Positions 53,401 through 64,000 of a stretch of 64,000 nt of DNA are shown piece by piece; position 1 is the stretch's first letter; every line of letters begins with the position of its first letter. Below the pieces are notes generated by a model. It searched no databases, was not told the origin of the DNA, and saw only the letters and a list, made by a program, of their open reading frames with translations. Origin of the DNA: Octopus sinensis (lineage: Eukaryota); assembly GCF_006345805.1 (NCBI RefSeq), contig NC_042997.1, positions 11,656,001 through 11,720,000 on the forward strand, in the 5' to 3' direction. The position numbers and the translations under genes were made by a program.

Positions 53401-54383
53401 GAAATCATACTACCACCTAATAAACACAAAGAAGAAGAAGAAGATGATGAAGAAACAACAAAAGCTATAAAACAAATGAAATCCAAACTAAAAATAGAAC
53501 AGCAACGAGCCATGATAAACGATGGCAAGAAAAACCCCTTCATGGTAAATACTGCTGCACTAAACTAAACGCAAAAGAAATAGACAAAGAAAATCCCAGC
53601 AATGGTTGAGAAGCTCAGGACTCAAAGCAGAAACAGAGGGATTTTTAATTGCAGCACAAGACCAAAGCCTCCCCACCAGAATTACCAAAAAACATGTAAT
53701 GAAAAGAAATATTACAAGTAACTGCAGAATATGTGGAGATGGACAAGAAACAATAAATCATATCATCTCTAGCTGCCCAGTCCTGGCTAAGAAGGAATAT
53801 ATTCACAGACATGACAGAGTTGGAACCTACATACATTGGAAGCTATGCCAACATTATGGAATAACAACAGAAAAAAGATGGTATAGGCACACACCAGAAA
53901 AGGTCACAGAAAACGAGAAAGCAACCATACTCTGGGATATGCCGATACACACAGATAGAGAATTAAGGCCAATAGACCAGATATAGTTGTCAGAGACCAT
54001 GAAGAAAAAAAATGCTTTCTAATTGATGTATCAATACCGGCAGATGACAACGTGTCTCTAAAAGAATGGAGAAACTCTCAAAATACAAAGACCTGGAAAT
54101 AGAGATAACTAGAATGTGGAACCTGAAAACAGAAACAATTCCTATCATAGTAGGTGCATTAGGCATGATAAAAAAATATTCAGACAAATACATAACAAAA
54201 ACCCAGGACTTACAAACACATATAACATACAGAAAATTGCACTACTTGGCACTGCACACATCCTACGCAGAACACTTTCCATACAATAACCATCAGAGCA
54301 TCACAACAAATCACAGCACATACCCAAGGCACACAGAGCTGCGCTCGGTAGTGAAGTGAAAGCACGCTATAAAAATAAAACTA

Positions 54384-54386
<3 letters not shown>
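50410..54386 (+). mobile_element. Apparently full-length R4/Dong-clade non-LTR retrotransposon flanked by (AAT)n
   Basis: Single long reading frame broken by small indels: N-terminal RRKWTREEY domain, RT, CCHC knuckle, PD-(D/E)xK endonuclease; Dong/R4 elements are known to target TAA repeats. Confidence 0.92.
50653..54289 (+). pseudogene. R4/Dong polyprotein (~1200 aa if frameshifts are corrected): RT plus zinc knuckle plus RLE
   Basis: NWKAPGHD, YRPITCLP, EEQKGC, WIDYKKAFDSIPH, GIFQGDTLSPLLF, HLLYMDDLKLYA, YKYLGI, CRICGDGQETINHIISSC, RPDIVV..D, EKLSKYKDL. Confidence 0.9.
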
Positions 54387-54441
<55 letters not shown>

Positions 54442-54452
54442 GTGATAATATA

Positions 54453-55004
54453 TGCCCTGATGCAGTACCAGGCACTAGCTCTCATGGTTTCTGTTCTTAA
54501 CTGGTTGAAAGTGTTACTATGTACACGTTTTATCTTTGATTTAAAAACAGAAATAGGCTACTGAAAATATTCTGCTCAATATCATAGATGTTTCTTGGCC
54601 TTAACCAGTTGAGAACGTCCTTCAGTTGCTGACAACATGTGCATCTCTGTTCACGAGCAGAAGTAGTGATGGAGCATCATAGCCATGCGTTAAGAGGAAT
54701 TTGGGGAGGGATAAGAATAATTCACCTCTGATAACATTCGTGTTTCGTTCATCTTTAAACATTTCTTACTCAGGGACCTTTTGAGCGAGATGGGCTACCC
54801 AACCAGAAAAAAATTGTATCTGATCACCCTACTTCAATTTCATATGCTGTTTATCTTGATATGAGATCACCACGTCGCGCACATATGTTTGTGACGCATG
54901 TGCCATGTGTAATCTTACCAGACGGGTAGTCATAACAAGTATATTAGGCCGTATATATTTGTACCCTAGTATCACTTTGATAGCATGCGCTACTGTTTCA
55001 CTCA
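54453..55004. mobile_element. Unclassified ~550-bp (AAT)n-associated element, copy 3
   Basis: Follows the R4 (AAT)n tail; followed by (ACT)n/(AAT)n. Confidence 0.85.
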
Positions 55005-55009
55005 ATACT

Positions 55010-55058
<49 letters not shown>

Positions 55059-55104
55059 ACTACTACTACTACTAATAATAATAATAATAGTCATAATAAT
55101 AATA

Positions 55105-55292
55105 ATATAGGCACCAGGTCTGAAATTTCGGGGGAAGGGCAAGTCGATTTCCACTAGTACTTATTTTATCGACCCCGAAAGGATGAAAGGCAAAATCGAC
55201 CTCAGTGGAATTTGAACTCAGTACATGAAGATAGACGAAATGCCGCTAAACATTTTGCCCAGCGCGTTAACGATTCTGCCAGCTTTCCGTCT
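55105..55292 (-). mobile_element. SINE family D between (AAT)n tracts
   Basis: Family D core. Confidence 0.85.
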
Positions 55293-55327
55293 CAGTAATA
55301 ATAATAATAATAACAATAATAATAATG

Positions 55328-55390
<63 letters not shown>

Positions 55391-55763
55391 GTAATCATCT
55401 GCATGAAATGTCAGAAACTGTTCAACAAAATGAGTATTATGGACACTTTAACAGGCTAATCTGAAAAAGCCAAACAAGTTGCTATAAATATAAAGCAACA
55501 GCCTTGTATATACCTGAGGCATAAGAAGATAAGCTGAAGGATACCATGAAAAACGCGTAGTTATAGAAAAAAAAATGATTAAAATGACACTTCTAATAAT
55601 TCTGCAGCAAATTTACCTTGCATCGGTAATTTTATATGACGGTACAAGGTCATACAATTTATAATGTAAAAGCAGAGACGTATTGTTCGACAACAATACA
55701 CAGCTGCGTTGCTCTTATTTTATTTCCCACAGAATATTATCAATATTATATAATACAAGGGTT

Positions 55764-56025
55764 GGGCTGCGTGTTGTGTTCTTGAGCAAGACACTTTATT
55801 TCACGTTGCTCAAGTTCACTCAGCTGTAGAAATGAGTTGCGACGTCACTGGTGCCAAGCTGTATCGACCTTTGTCTTTCCCTTGGATAACACTGGTGGCG
55901 TGGAGAGGGGAGGCCGGTATGCATGGGTGACTGCTGGTCTTCCATAAACAACCTTGCCCGGACTTGTGTCTAGGAGGGTAACTTTCTAGGTGCAATCCCA
56001 TGGTCATTCATGACCGAAGGGGGTC
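55764..56025 (+). mobile_element. SINE family C, head missing
   Basis: Reverse complement of 6069-6330. Confidence 0.92.
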
Positions 56026-56054
56026 CTATTATGTGGATGATACTAGATGATATG

Positions 56055-56372
56055 ATATTTATTTTATCGATCAGAGCATATGATATGGTGCTTATTTTAT
56101 CGATCATAAAACACGGTAGGGTGCTTATTTTATCGATTACAGTACATGATCAGTTTACACGACATGTTATATATTTTATTGATCGGAATAGATAGCATAA
56201 AGTTTGTTTTATCGATGAAATTACGTAGCATCGTACTTATTGTATCGATAAGCTACTCGGCCTAATATTTATTTTATTGATCTAAGTAGATAACATGGTG
56301 ATCATTTTATCGATCAGTGTAAATGACACAGAACTTATTTTATCGACTAGATTATTGTGCTTATTTTATATC
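56055..56372. repeat. Degenerate ~33-bp-period array: conserved (G)TRCTTATTTTATCGATC with divergent spacers, ~10 units
   Basis: Motif ends at about 56072, 56105, 56138, 56184, 56217, 56250, 56282, 56315, 56348 and 56372. Confidence 0.85.
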
Positions 56373-56390
56373 TGAGAGGACATAGCATGA

Positions 56391-56763
56391 CTCTTTTGTC
56401 TTTTGCTTGTTTCAGTCATTTGACTGCGGCCATGCTGGAGCACCGCCTTTAGTCGAGCAAACCGATACCAAGACTTATTCTTTGTAAGCCTAGTACTTAT
56501 TCTATCGGTCTCTTTTGCCGAACCTCTAAGTTGTGGGGACGTAAACACATCAGCATCGGTTGTCAAGATGTTGGGGGGGGGACAAACAGACACAGAAACA
56601 CACACATATATATACATATACATATATACGACAGGCTTCTCTCAGTTTCCGTCTACCAAATTCACTCACAAGGCTTTGGTCAGCCCGAGGCTATAGTAGA
56701 AGACACTTGCCCAAGTTGCCACGCTTGTGGTTGGTAAGCAAGCTACTTACTACACAACCACTC
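56391..56763 (-). mobile_element. SINE family A (small internal deletion in the head)
   Basis: Homology to other family A copies. Confidence 0.9.
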
Positions 56764-56962
56764 ATGACCCATATTTTATTAGTCTAAACGAACCAACGGT
56801 ACAATTATTTTTGTATATAACTTGAATTCAGAACAAGTAAGTATTTAAACATTTGGTCCGGCACTCACATATTTGCTGTCATTAGCGCATGGCCCTCTAC
56901 ACAGAAATGATCATTCTTCATCAGGATCAGCATTAAAAGGAGACAACGGTGTGGTAGAGTCA

Positions 56963-57190
56963 GCGAGCTGGCAGAAACGTTAGCACGCCGGGCGAAATGC
57001 TTAGCTGTATTTCATCTGCCGCTACATTCTGAGTTCAAATTCCGCCGAGTTCGACTTTACCTTTCATCCTTTCGGGGTCGATAAATTAAGCACCAGTTGT
57101 TACTGGGGCCGATCTAATCAACTTAATCCCTTTGTCTGTCCTTATTTGTCACCTCTATGTTTAGCTCCTTGTGGGCAATAATGAAATAAG
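56963..57190 (+). mobile_element. SINE family D, full length
   Basis: GCGAGCTGGCAGAAACGTTAGC...GAGTTCAAATTCC...CCTTTCATCCTTTCGGGGTCGATAAATTAAGCACCAG. Confidence 0.9.
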
Positions 57191-58315
57191 AATCAGCAAA
57201 ATATCAGATTATATATTGCATCAGAAACCGTAAATTGCTGGATTATAATTAACAGTAGTAGGAACAGTAATGCTCTGCCTTAATTGACTTTCATCATCCA
57301 GTTAAAACTCTTTACGATTTGAGGTTGAAAACTTTACTGTGATCCTTAATGGAACGATAAAACGAATAAGTGATTGCTATATTTGCTAGAAATAGCAGAG
57401 AAATAGCCTTCAAATCTCACCAGATTGTCTTAAAAAAAGAAAACATGGCATAATGTAGCTCTAGATATACCATGTCTGAAAAATCTGTCATATAACGCCC
57501 TACAATATTGAAAACGAACGTTTACATCAGATTGGGTAGTTTAGGAGAAGACATGTCCGATTAAGTAAAGGACGGGTTGTTCATTCATTAAATGCTTTTG
57601 ATCACAGTTCTGCTGATCTTAGGTGGAGAATAGAAAGGTGAATGTCAAGACTGGAAGGAATTCTGAGGTAGCTACTCGATCAGTTAATATTTGCAGTAAA
57701 ATGTATTTTAAATCACATAAATTGACTGAAGAAAAGGAAAAACTCACTGGATAATATCCAAGATATCCTATGTCCAAAATAAAGGCGAAACGTTTACATC
57801 ACAACGTCTTACCTAGTTTATCTACTTAATGTTAGATATGAGCTGGGATTAAACAACAAGAATATAGTGAGTATACACCAACGAGAGATCTTTCACGCGT
57901 TCGCTCGACTTCCTGCAAACAACGACCACATCTCTATCAAATGACAACCTATTATACCACCTGAAATCCAATGTACTACCAGAAATACAAGAAGACGGGA
58001 TGGTCATAGTGAGAAAGTCTTTGATAAAAATATCTGCTCAATGCCAAGGCTGAGTTAGGATTAAACACAAATAATAACACTGCATAAATTTATTGAGTAT
58101 AAAATAGTTAATACGCTGTTCTTCGTGCATCTGAAAAGTTAATGCGTATAACTAACGGCGTAGTGAAAATGTAATGCTGCTAATCTTCGGTTTAGGGATA
58201 AAACCGAGGAAAAACAAAAACCGAAAAGCAGCCGTCTATGCTCGGTAAAATAGCTGATAGAATGGATAAGAGAGCTGATTCGTAGTTAATGACAAAGAAG
58301 TGTGATTTCTTATAC

Positions 58316-58453
58316 CAACATTGGTTCTTCTGTATCTATATCCGTGGGCAAGGAAATGATGTCATATCTTCGTCGCTTATCTATTGGTATAACAGCTAAT
58401 GATGGTTCATTGTTAGGTGGGACACTAACAATGTCTTCTAAATTTTTTTTCAA
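58316..58453 (-). CDS. Candidate 138-nt phase 0/0 exon LKKNLEDIVSVPPNNEPSLAVIPIDKRRRYDIISLPTDIDTEEPML
   Basis: Acceptor ATTTTTTTTTACAGTAG (NAGNAG), donor TTG|GTATAA; protein-like composition; no homology recognised. Confidence 0.35.
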
Positions 58454-59349
58454 CTACTGTAAAAAAAAATCTTTTTTTATTTTTACTTTATGAAGATTAA
58501 CTGCAGCTAGAAGAATATTTTGTTGGAGAATTAGCATACGTTATTATCAGGAATGTGGTGTAAGCAGAGCCAAACGCTTCGTATTCGGTAATACTAATTG
58601 GTAAGAAGAAATAAAAAAGAATAAGAAAAATATAGAAAAATAGAGTGCTGAAAGCGAGGGAGAGAGTTCGTTGTTTAGAATGCTGAATAATGTTCAGTGA
58701 CTGGTTATATCGTTGGGACATCATTGTACTTCGTCTCGATGTCAACGAAAGAAAGGTACATTCAACTATTTCCCTGTTAATTTTCAATGGCTTGACGTTA
58801 ATATCAATTATAGAAAGTGTTTGGTTGGTTCTATCGATCAGTTGTATTTGTCCTTACTACCTACAGATAGCTAGATAGACAGGGATATTGGTAGTGAGGT
58901 GTCCCTGCTAAAACAATAAATATAAACAAAAAACACTACACTGACAACGGAAAATGACTTTTCAGCAGATTTACTCAACTTGATGTGGTTCTAGATCGCT
59001 AAAAGTATTTAGTCGATAAAGGAAAAGCAAGGCCCTTTATATATGCTGGATTTTTTAATGTGTTTAAGTGAATATCATTAATAGTCAGGTCAGATTAAAC
59101 GTTTACATGTTGAAGTTTGTTGGGAAACAAAGGGAAGGAGGAACTGCCAGAAAAATTACATTTCTGGAAAAAAGACCGTTTGGAAAATTGGTGCTTATTG
59201 ATTTTACGCACATAATAGACGATTGGATACCATTTTATATTGTTTTATTCCAAATGCTCGTATAAAACTGCCAACTTTTCATTGGCGCTTTTGACATGAC
59301 TAACTATAAACTATGCTTATAAATACGGAGATTAAATCGAAAATATAAT

Positions 59350-59568
59350 ACTCTTTTACTTGTTTCAGTCATTTGACTGTAGCCATGCTGGAGCACCGCC
59401 TTTAGTCGAGCAAATCGATCCCAGGGCTTATACTTTGTAAGCCTAGTACTTATTCTATCATTCTCTGTTGCCGAACTGCTAACTTACGGGGACGTAAACA
59501 CACCAGCATCGGTTGTCAGGCGATGTTGGGGTGGGGGGACAAACACAGACACACAAACATAGACACAC

Positions 59569-59615
<47 letters not shown>

Positions 59616-59774
59616 AATACGACGGGCCTCTTTTCAGTTTCCGTCTACGAAATCCACTCACAAGGCTTCGGTCGGCCCGAGGTTATAGTAGAAGTTACTT
59701 GCCCAAGGTGCCACGCAGTGGGATTGAACTCGGAACCATATGGTTGGTAAGCAAACTACTTACCACACAGCCAC
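59350..59774 (-). mobile_element. SINE family A, full length with internal (TA)n
   Basis: Homology to other family A copies. Confidence 0.92.
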
Positions 59775-61039
59775 AAAATGAATGAAATTATATCAGCCTA
59801 CGTCTCAGGTTTACATATACCAAAGAAACATAATTGAACATAAAAATGTTCTAGTTTAAAGCTTTTTACATGCACGAATTAGGTCGGCTATAATATTAAA
59901 AAATGTGTTTGTCTTTGCACGTGAAATAACCATGAAAAAAGTATCAGAATATTATCACATACTTGTCTTTCATAAATTTATCAAACAAAAACTAAATCAA
60001 TGAAAAAACAAAATTCATCTCGACAAATTTGAACTGTGTATTTACAGATATTTAAATGTATTGCTTCATATATTCAACGAAGTACCAGTGGTTGCATATA
60101 AACTGCAGACCTCTCCGATCGTTGTTTCGTGCACAATCATTCTAGCTATCTTCTCTCTTGTATTACGTATCTATGTTTTCTGGTCGGGTGGGTTAGCAAT
60201 CCAACCGCAAACTGAGGTGTCTATGGGTTCATATCGGATAATCGGTGCGAACTGTCCATCATCGAAGCATTTAACTCTCATCTGGTTAGTTTCCCATGTC
60301 TAACTCCTATCACGTACAGATCAGCTCACATATGTAAACTCCAGGAATTCGTAACTCTGTTGTACTAAATTGCTATTGCCTTACTGATCTCTATTGTCTT
60401 CTACGAAATGTTGATCGATGCTTTATGAAGGAGTTGCTCTAGCTTCTTAGAACAATCTATTCTTTTAATTATTCCTTTTAATTTCTAGTTTCATTAGAAA
60501 TATTTCACAAGAATTTACTGATATATGAGCCAAAAAAATACACGCAACCCACTTTTACTTTTTCCTTTCTCGCCTTCACTCTTACTCCACGCACACACGC
60601 GCGTACTATATTCATGTATGTAGCCTTTGCACGGACAAATACATCAATAATAATAACAATATATCAACAACAACAACACCAACACCAACAACAAAGGGAA
60701 GCAACTATTAGAAAAACTGGTGCCTAGTGGCAGTCTGTCAGAAGAAGACAGAAGACATGCAATTACCGCTGGCCACTTTACATATGAGCCAATTGCTGCA
60801 TAACTAAACTTTGTGCGTATTTCTTCTTTAAACCCAGGTTATTATAGAAGACAATTTGGTTTTCCTCATTTTGTTAGTCCTTTCATTGATTGATATCGAA
60901 TTGCAGGAAACTGTATATTTCTATTTTTCTTGCTCTTAGCTCCTAATTTCGAAAGTAGTCCTCGGTGGTCTTCTTCTTCTTCTTCTTCTTCCTCAAGTTT
61001 TCTTTACAATAATTGTACATCGTATGCGGATGGAAGTTT

Positions 61040-61099
61040 ATGCCTCTCTGTGCCTATATATATATGTATATATATATATGTATATATATATATGTATAC

Positions 61100-61169
<70 letters not shown>

Positions 61170-61260
61170 TATATATATATTATATAATATATATTATATA
61201 TATATTAATATATATATTATATATATAATATATATATATATATATATTATATATACATAC

Positions 61261-61310
<50 letters not shown>

Positions 61311-61339
61311 TCATATATATACTATATATCATATATATA

Positions 61340-61371
<32 letters not shown>

Positions 61372-61510
61372 GCATATGTGTATATAAAATCTCTATATAT
61401 GCGTGTGCGTGTGTGTATACATACATATACATATACATATATACACACACACAATACATACACATATATATATATATATATGTATGTATGTGTGTGTGTG
61501 TGTGTCTGTG
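61040..61510. repeat. Long (TA)n-rich compound microsatellite
   Basis: Direct reading. Confidence 0.95.
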
Positions 61511-62079
61511 TGTATGTATGTATTTACACACACGCGTATATCTAAGTATGCACTCGCATACACGCACACTTCGTATTCACCTACAGATCTAGCAAAATAA
61601 TTCCCCAGTTCTGTTTACATTAGCTATATTGCTTCCTCGGGCAGACAATTTTTTTTTATTTATTTATTTTCATTTCTATTTTTCAGAAGAACCTTTTGCC
61701 GTTTTAGACTTACCATATATCGCTAGTATTTCTGTTATCTTCCTCTGTAATCGAAGTAAGGCAAAAACGTTAGGAATAACAGTTCTCAAATGTTTATCGT
61801 CGTTGCCAATAAGCCCGAAGCATTAAACTTTGACAATTGGATTTTACCAATTCTTCCAGCATTTCTTCCTTAGTTTTGTTTCTATATGTTTGATTTTTTT
61901 TGTATTCTGTATTTTATATTTGTATTTTTGTTGTTGCTTTTTCCTCACCTATATTGAAATTCTATCAGTAGTAACTGATTAGCCTTCAGCATTTACGGGT
62001 GTCTTTCCAACAATTTCATCAACTTTTCACAAGCATGTGAAAGATGCAACCATTTATCGCCTTATTCGCAAAAGCAAGC

Positions 62080-62081
62080 TT

Positions 62082-62119
<38 letters not shown>

Positions 62120-62291
62120 AATGATGATGATGGTGATGATGATGATTTGTTGTAATAATAATAATAATATAATAATAATAATAATAATAATAATATAGCG
62201 ATATTAATGCCAGCTGTAGAAATAGTTATAATGATAATAATAATCTGAAATAATAATAACCACGACAATGATAATAATAATCATAACATTA

Positions 62292-62340
<49 letters not shown>

Positions 62341-62411
62341 TCGGCGAGAAATGGAAGAAAATTTGAAGAAGGAAAAATAATGATAATAATAATAATAATA
62401 ATATAATAATA

Positions 62412-62455
<44 letters not shown>

Positions 62456-62520
62456 TTAATAATAAATGCCAATAATGTTAATAACAACAATATTGTTACT
62501 ACTGCTACTACTAATAATAA
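62080..62520. repeat. (GAT)n/(AAT)n microsatellite block
   Basis: Direct reading. Confidence 0.95.
62341..62378 (+). mobile_element. ~38-bp extreme 3' stub of R4/Dong family 2 inside (AAT)n
   Basis: CGGCGAGAAATGGAAGAAAATTTGAA-GAAGGAAAAAT matches the 3' end at ~45219-45260. Confidence 0.75.
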
Positions 62521-62877
62521 TATCAATAATAATTGTGGTGATGATGAAAGATGATAATAACAATTATATAAAAAAAAGAGAAACAAGTTATGTTTATCAT
62601 TTCAAACATTTTTGCGCTGATAATCATTTCAAATTATTTCTTATTAGTTTGGCATCAGTAAAGGCATTTAAAGAAATATTATTGACAAAAAATTGTTTAT
62701 GTAAATATATTTAGACAGAGTGTTGGAATTGAAAGTACCGAAGATAAAGTCATCATTCCTGTTGGTAAAATATATTAATAACAAAATAAATTAAAAAAAA
62801 CCTTCAAATTCCTGTTTCCTAAATTGGTAATAATTAACTGCATGTCCTTCGCGATATTACTGGTACTTCTATAATAT

Positions 62878-63083
62878 TTACTCTTACTCTTACTTGTTTC
62901 AGTCATTTGACTACGGCCATGCTGGAGCACCGCCTTTAGTCGAGCAAATCGACCCCGGGACTTATTCTTTGTAAGCCCAGTACTTATTCTATCGGTCTCT
63001 TTGGCCGAACCGCTAAGTGACGGGGACGTAAACACACCAGCATCGGTTGTCAAGCAATGCTAGAGGGACAAACATATACACTC

Positions 63084-63142
<59 letters not shown>

Positions 63143-63308
63143 TACGACAGGCTTCTTTCAGTTTCCGTCTACCAAATCCACTCACAAGGCTTTGGTCGGC
63201 CCGAGGCTATAGCAGAAGACACTTGCCCAAGATGCCACGCAGTGGGACTGAACCCGGAACCATGTGGCTGGGTAGCAAGCTACTTATCACACAGCCACTC
63301 CTGCGCCT
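62878..63308 (-). mobile_element. SINE family A, full length, low divergence
   Basis: Intact head AGGCGCAGGAGTGGCTGTG... on the minus strand; internal (TA)n. Confidence 0.93.
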
Positions 63309-63392
63309 ATATGATACTGTTTTGTATACACACACACACACACACACAAAGAAACACACATACACACACAAACATACACAAGCACACACGCA

Positions 63393-63960
63393 TATCATCA
63401 TCATCATAATCATCATCAACATCATCATCATCATCGTCGTCTTTAGTTAGGTGCTCTCCCTCTTTCTAGGGTCGGCTTCCCAAGACTTCTCCGTTCCTTC
63501 TGTCTTGTGCTGCATAAATATATACAAGTAGCAACGCTCCTGTTTCCAGTCCATTCTTTGAGTTGCCATTCCATAAATACGCTTGAATCCCCTTGCTCTC
63601 TTCCTCTCCCCATTTTCTATTAGAATGGTCTTGTGCTGTGATGCCATGTCGCATCGCTTGTATAACGTATGATAGCTTTATGGACTTGATTCTCAACAAC
63701 AACTGTCTTTGGATTTTCATCTTTTCTAATTCTGCACCCTGTGTTACCCTCTCTTTCTAGCTTATTCTGCTAAATCTACGAAATATACACATCTCAAAGG
63801 CATCTATCTTCTTTTCTATTGTCCAGTACATTGTTCAAGTTTGTGCCCCGTAGAGAACGATTGGGTAATATAACAGTTTACTAGCTCCATGTATTTTGTT
63901 TGAAAATGACCCTTAAATCCACCATCAAATTTGTACACCTTCATAGTCTCATTTTCAGGA
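63393..63960 (-). mobile_element. RTE/BovB-like LINE 3' fragment with (GAT)n tail
   Basis: PIVLYGAQT, IEKKIDAFEMCIFRRFSRIS and ERKRARG-like fragments; short tandem-repeat tail. Confidence 0.8.
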
Positions 63961-64000
63961 TGAAATGATGTAGGCCTTCGCTGTTCCTTATCAATAAAAG

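Noticed and set aside
49757-55004. LTR-retrotransposon reading of the two 550-bp direct repeats flanking a RT ORF
   Set aside because: The interior is an RLE-type non-LTR element with no gag, integrase or PBS, the repeats are too divergent relative to the young interior, and they are separated from it by (AAT)n
56055-56372. CRISPR array interpretation
   Set aside because: Repeats are short and degenerate, spacers are ~15 bp with residual mutual similarity, there are no cas genes, and the context is eukaryotic
60040-60420. Minus-strand peptide-like stretch (EFLEFTY...)
   Set aside because: Multiple stops and no convincing RT or host motif
61687-61755. Plus-strand 69-nt exon candidate with good splice sites
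   Set aside because: It overlaps an equally plausible minus-strand candidate, showing such signals arise by chance; no homology

Overview
AT-rich, microsatellite-saturated eukaryotic DNA. The SINE repertoire and repeat load suggest an octopus or other coleoid cephalopod, which is inference only. I can identify no host gene with confidence. Most ORFs in the supplied track are translations of simple repeats or of SINE/MITE sequence. The window is a transposon graveyard. It holds about 10 Penelope-like element (PLE) remnants, two of them with inverted terminal arms, and at least four tRNA-headed SINE families (labelled A-D here) with chimeras between them. It also holds RTE and CR1 LINE 3' fragments, a DD37D (maT-type) Tc1/mariner remnant, two non-autonomous Helitrons and two MITE-like foldbacks. 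The centrepiece is a ~4 kb apparently full-length R4/Dong-clade non-LTR retrotransposon (RT plus CCHC plus restriction-like endonuclease) at 50410-54386. It and all related 3' fragments sit inside (AAT)n arrays. The most notable observations are: (1) an unclassified ~550-bp element occurring three times, always abutting (AAT)n and R4/Dong sequence; (2) several hammerhead-ribozyme motifs, two of them otherwise well formed but carrying a CCGANGA (U4C) core; (3) a 33-bp-period repeat/spacer array at 56055-56372; (4) weak, phase-compatible minus-strand exon candidates. Element boundaries and identities are read by eye and are approximate.
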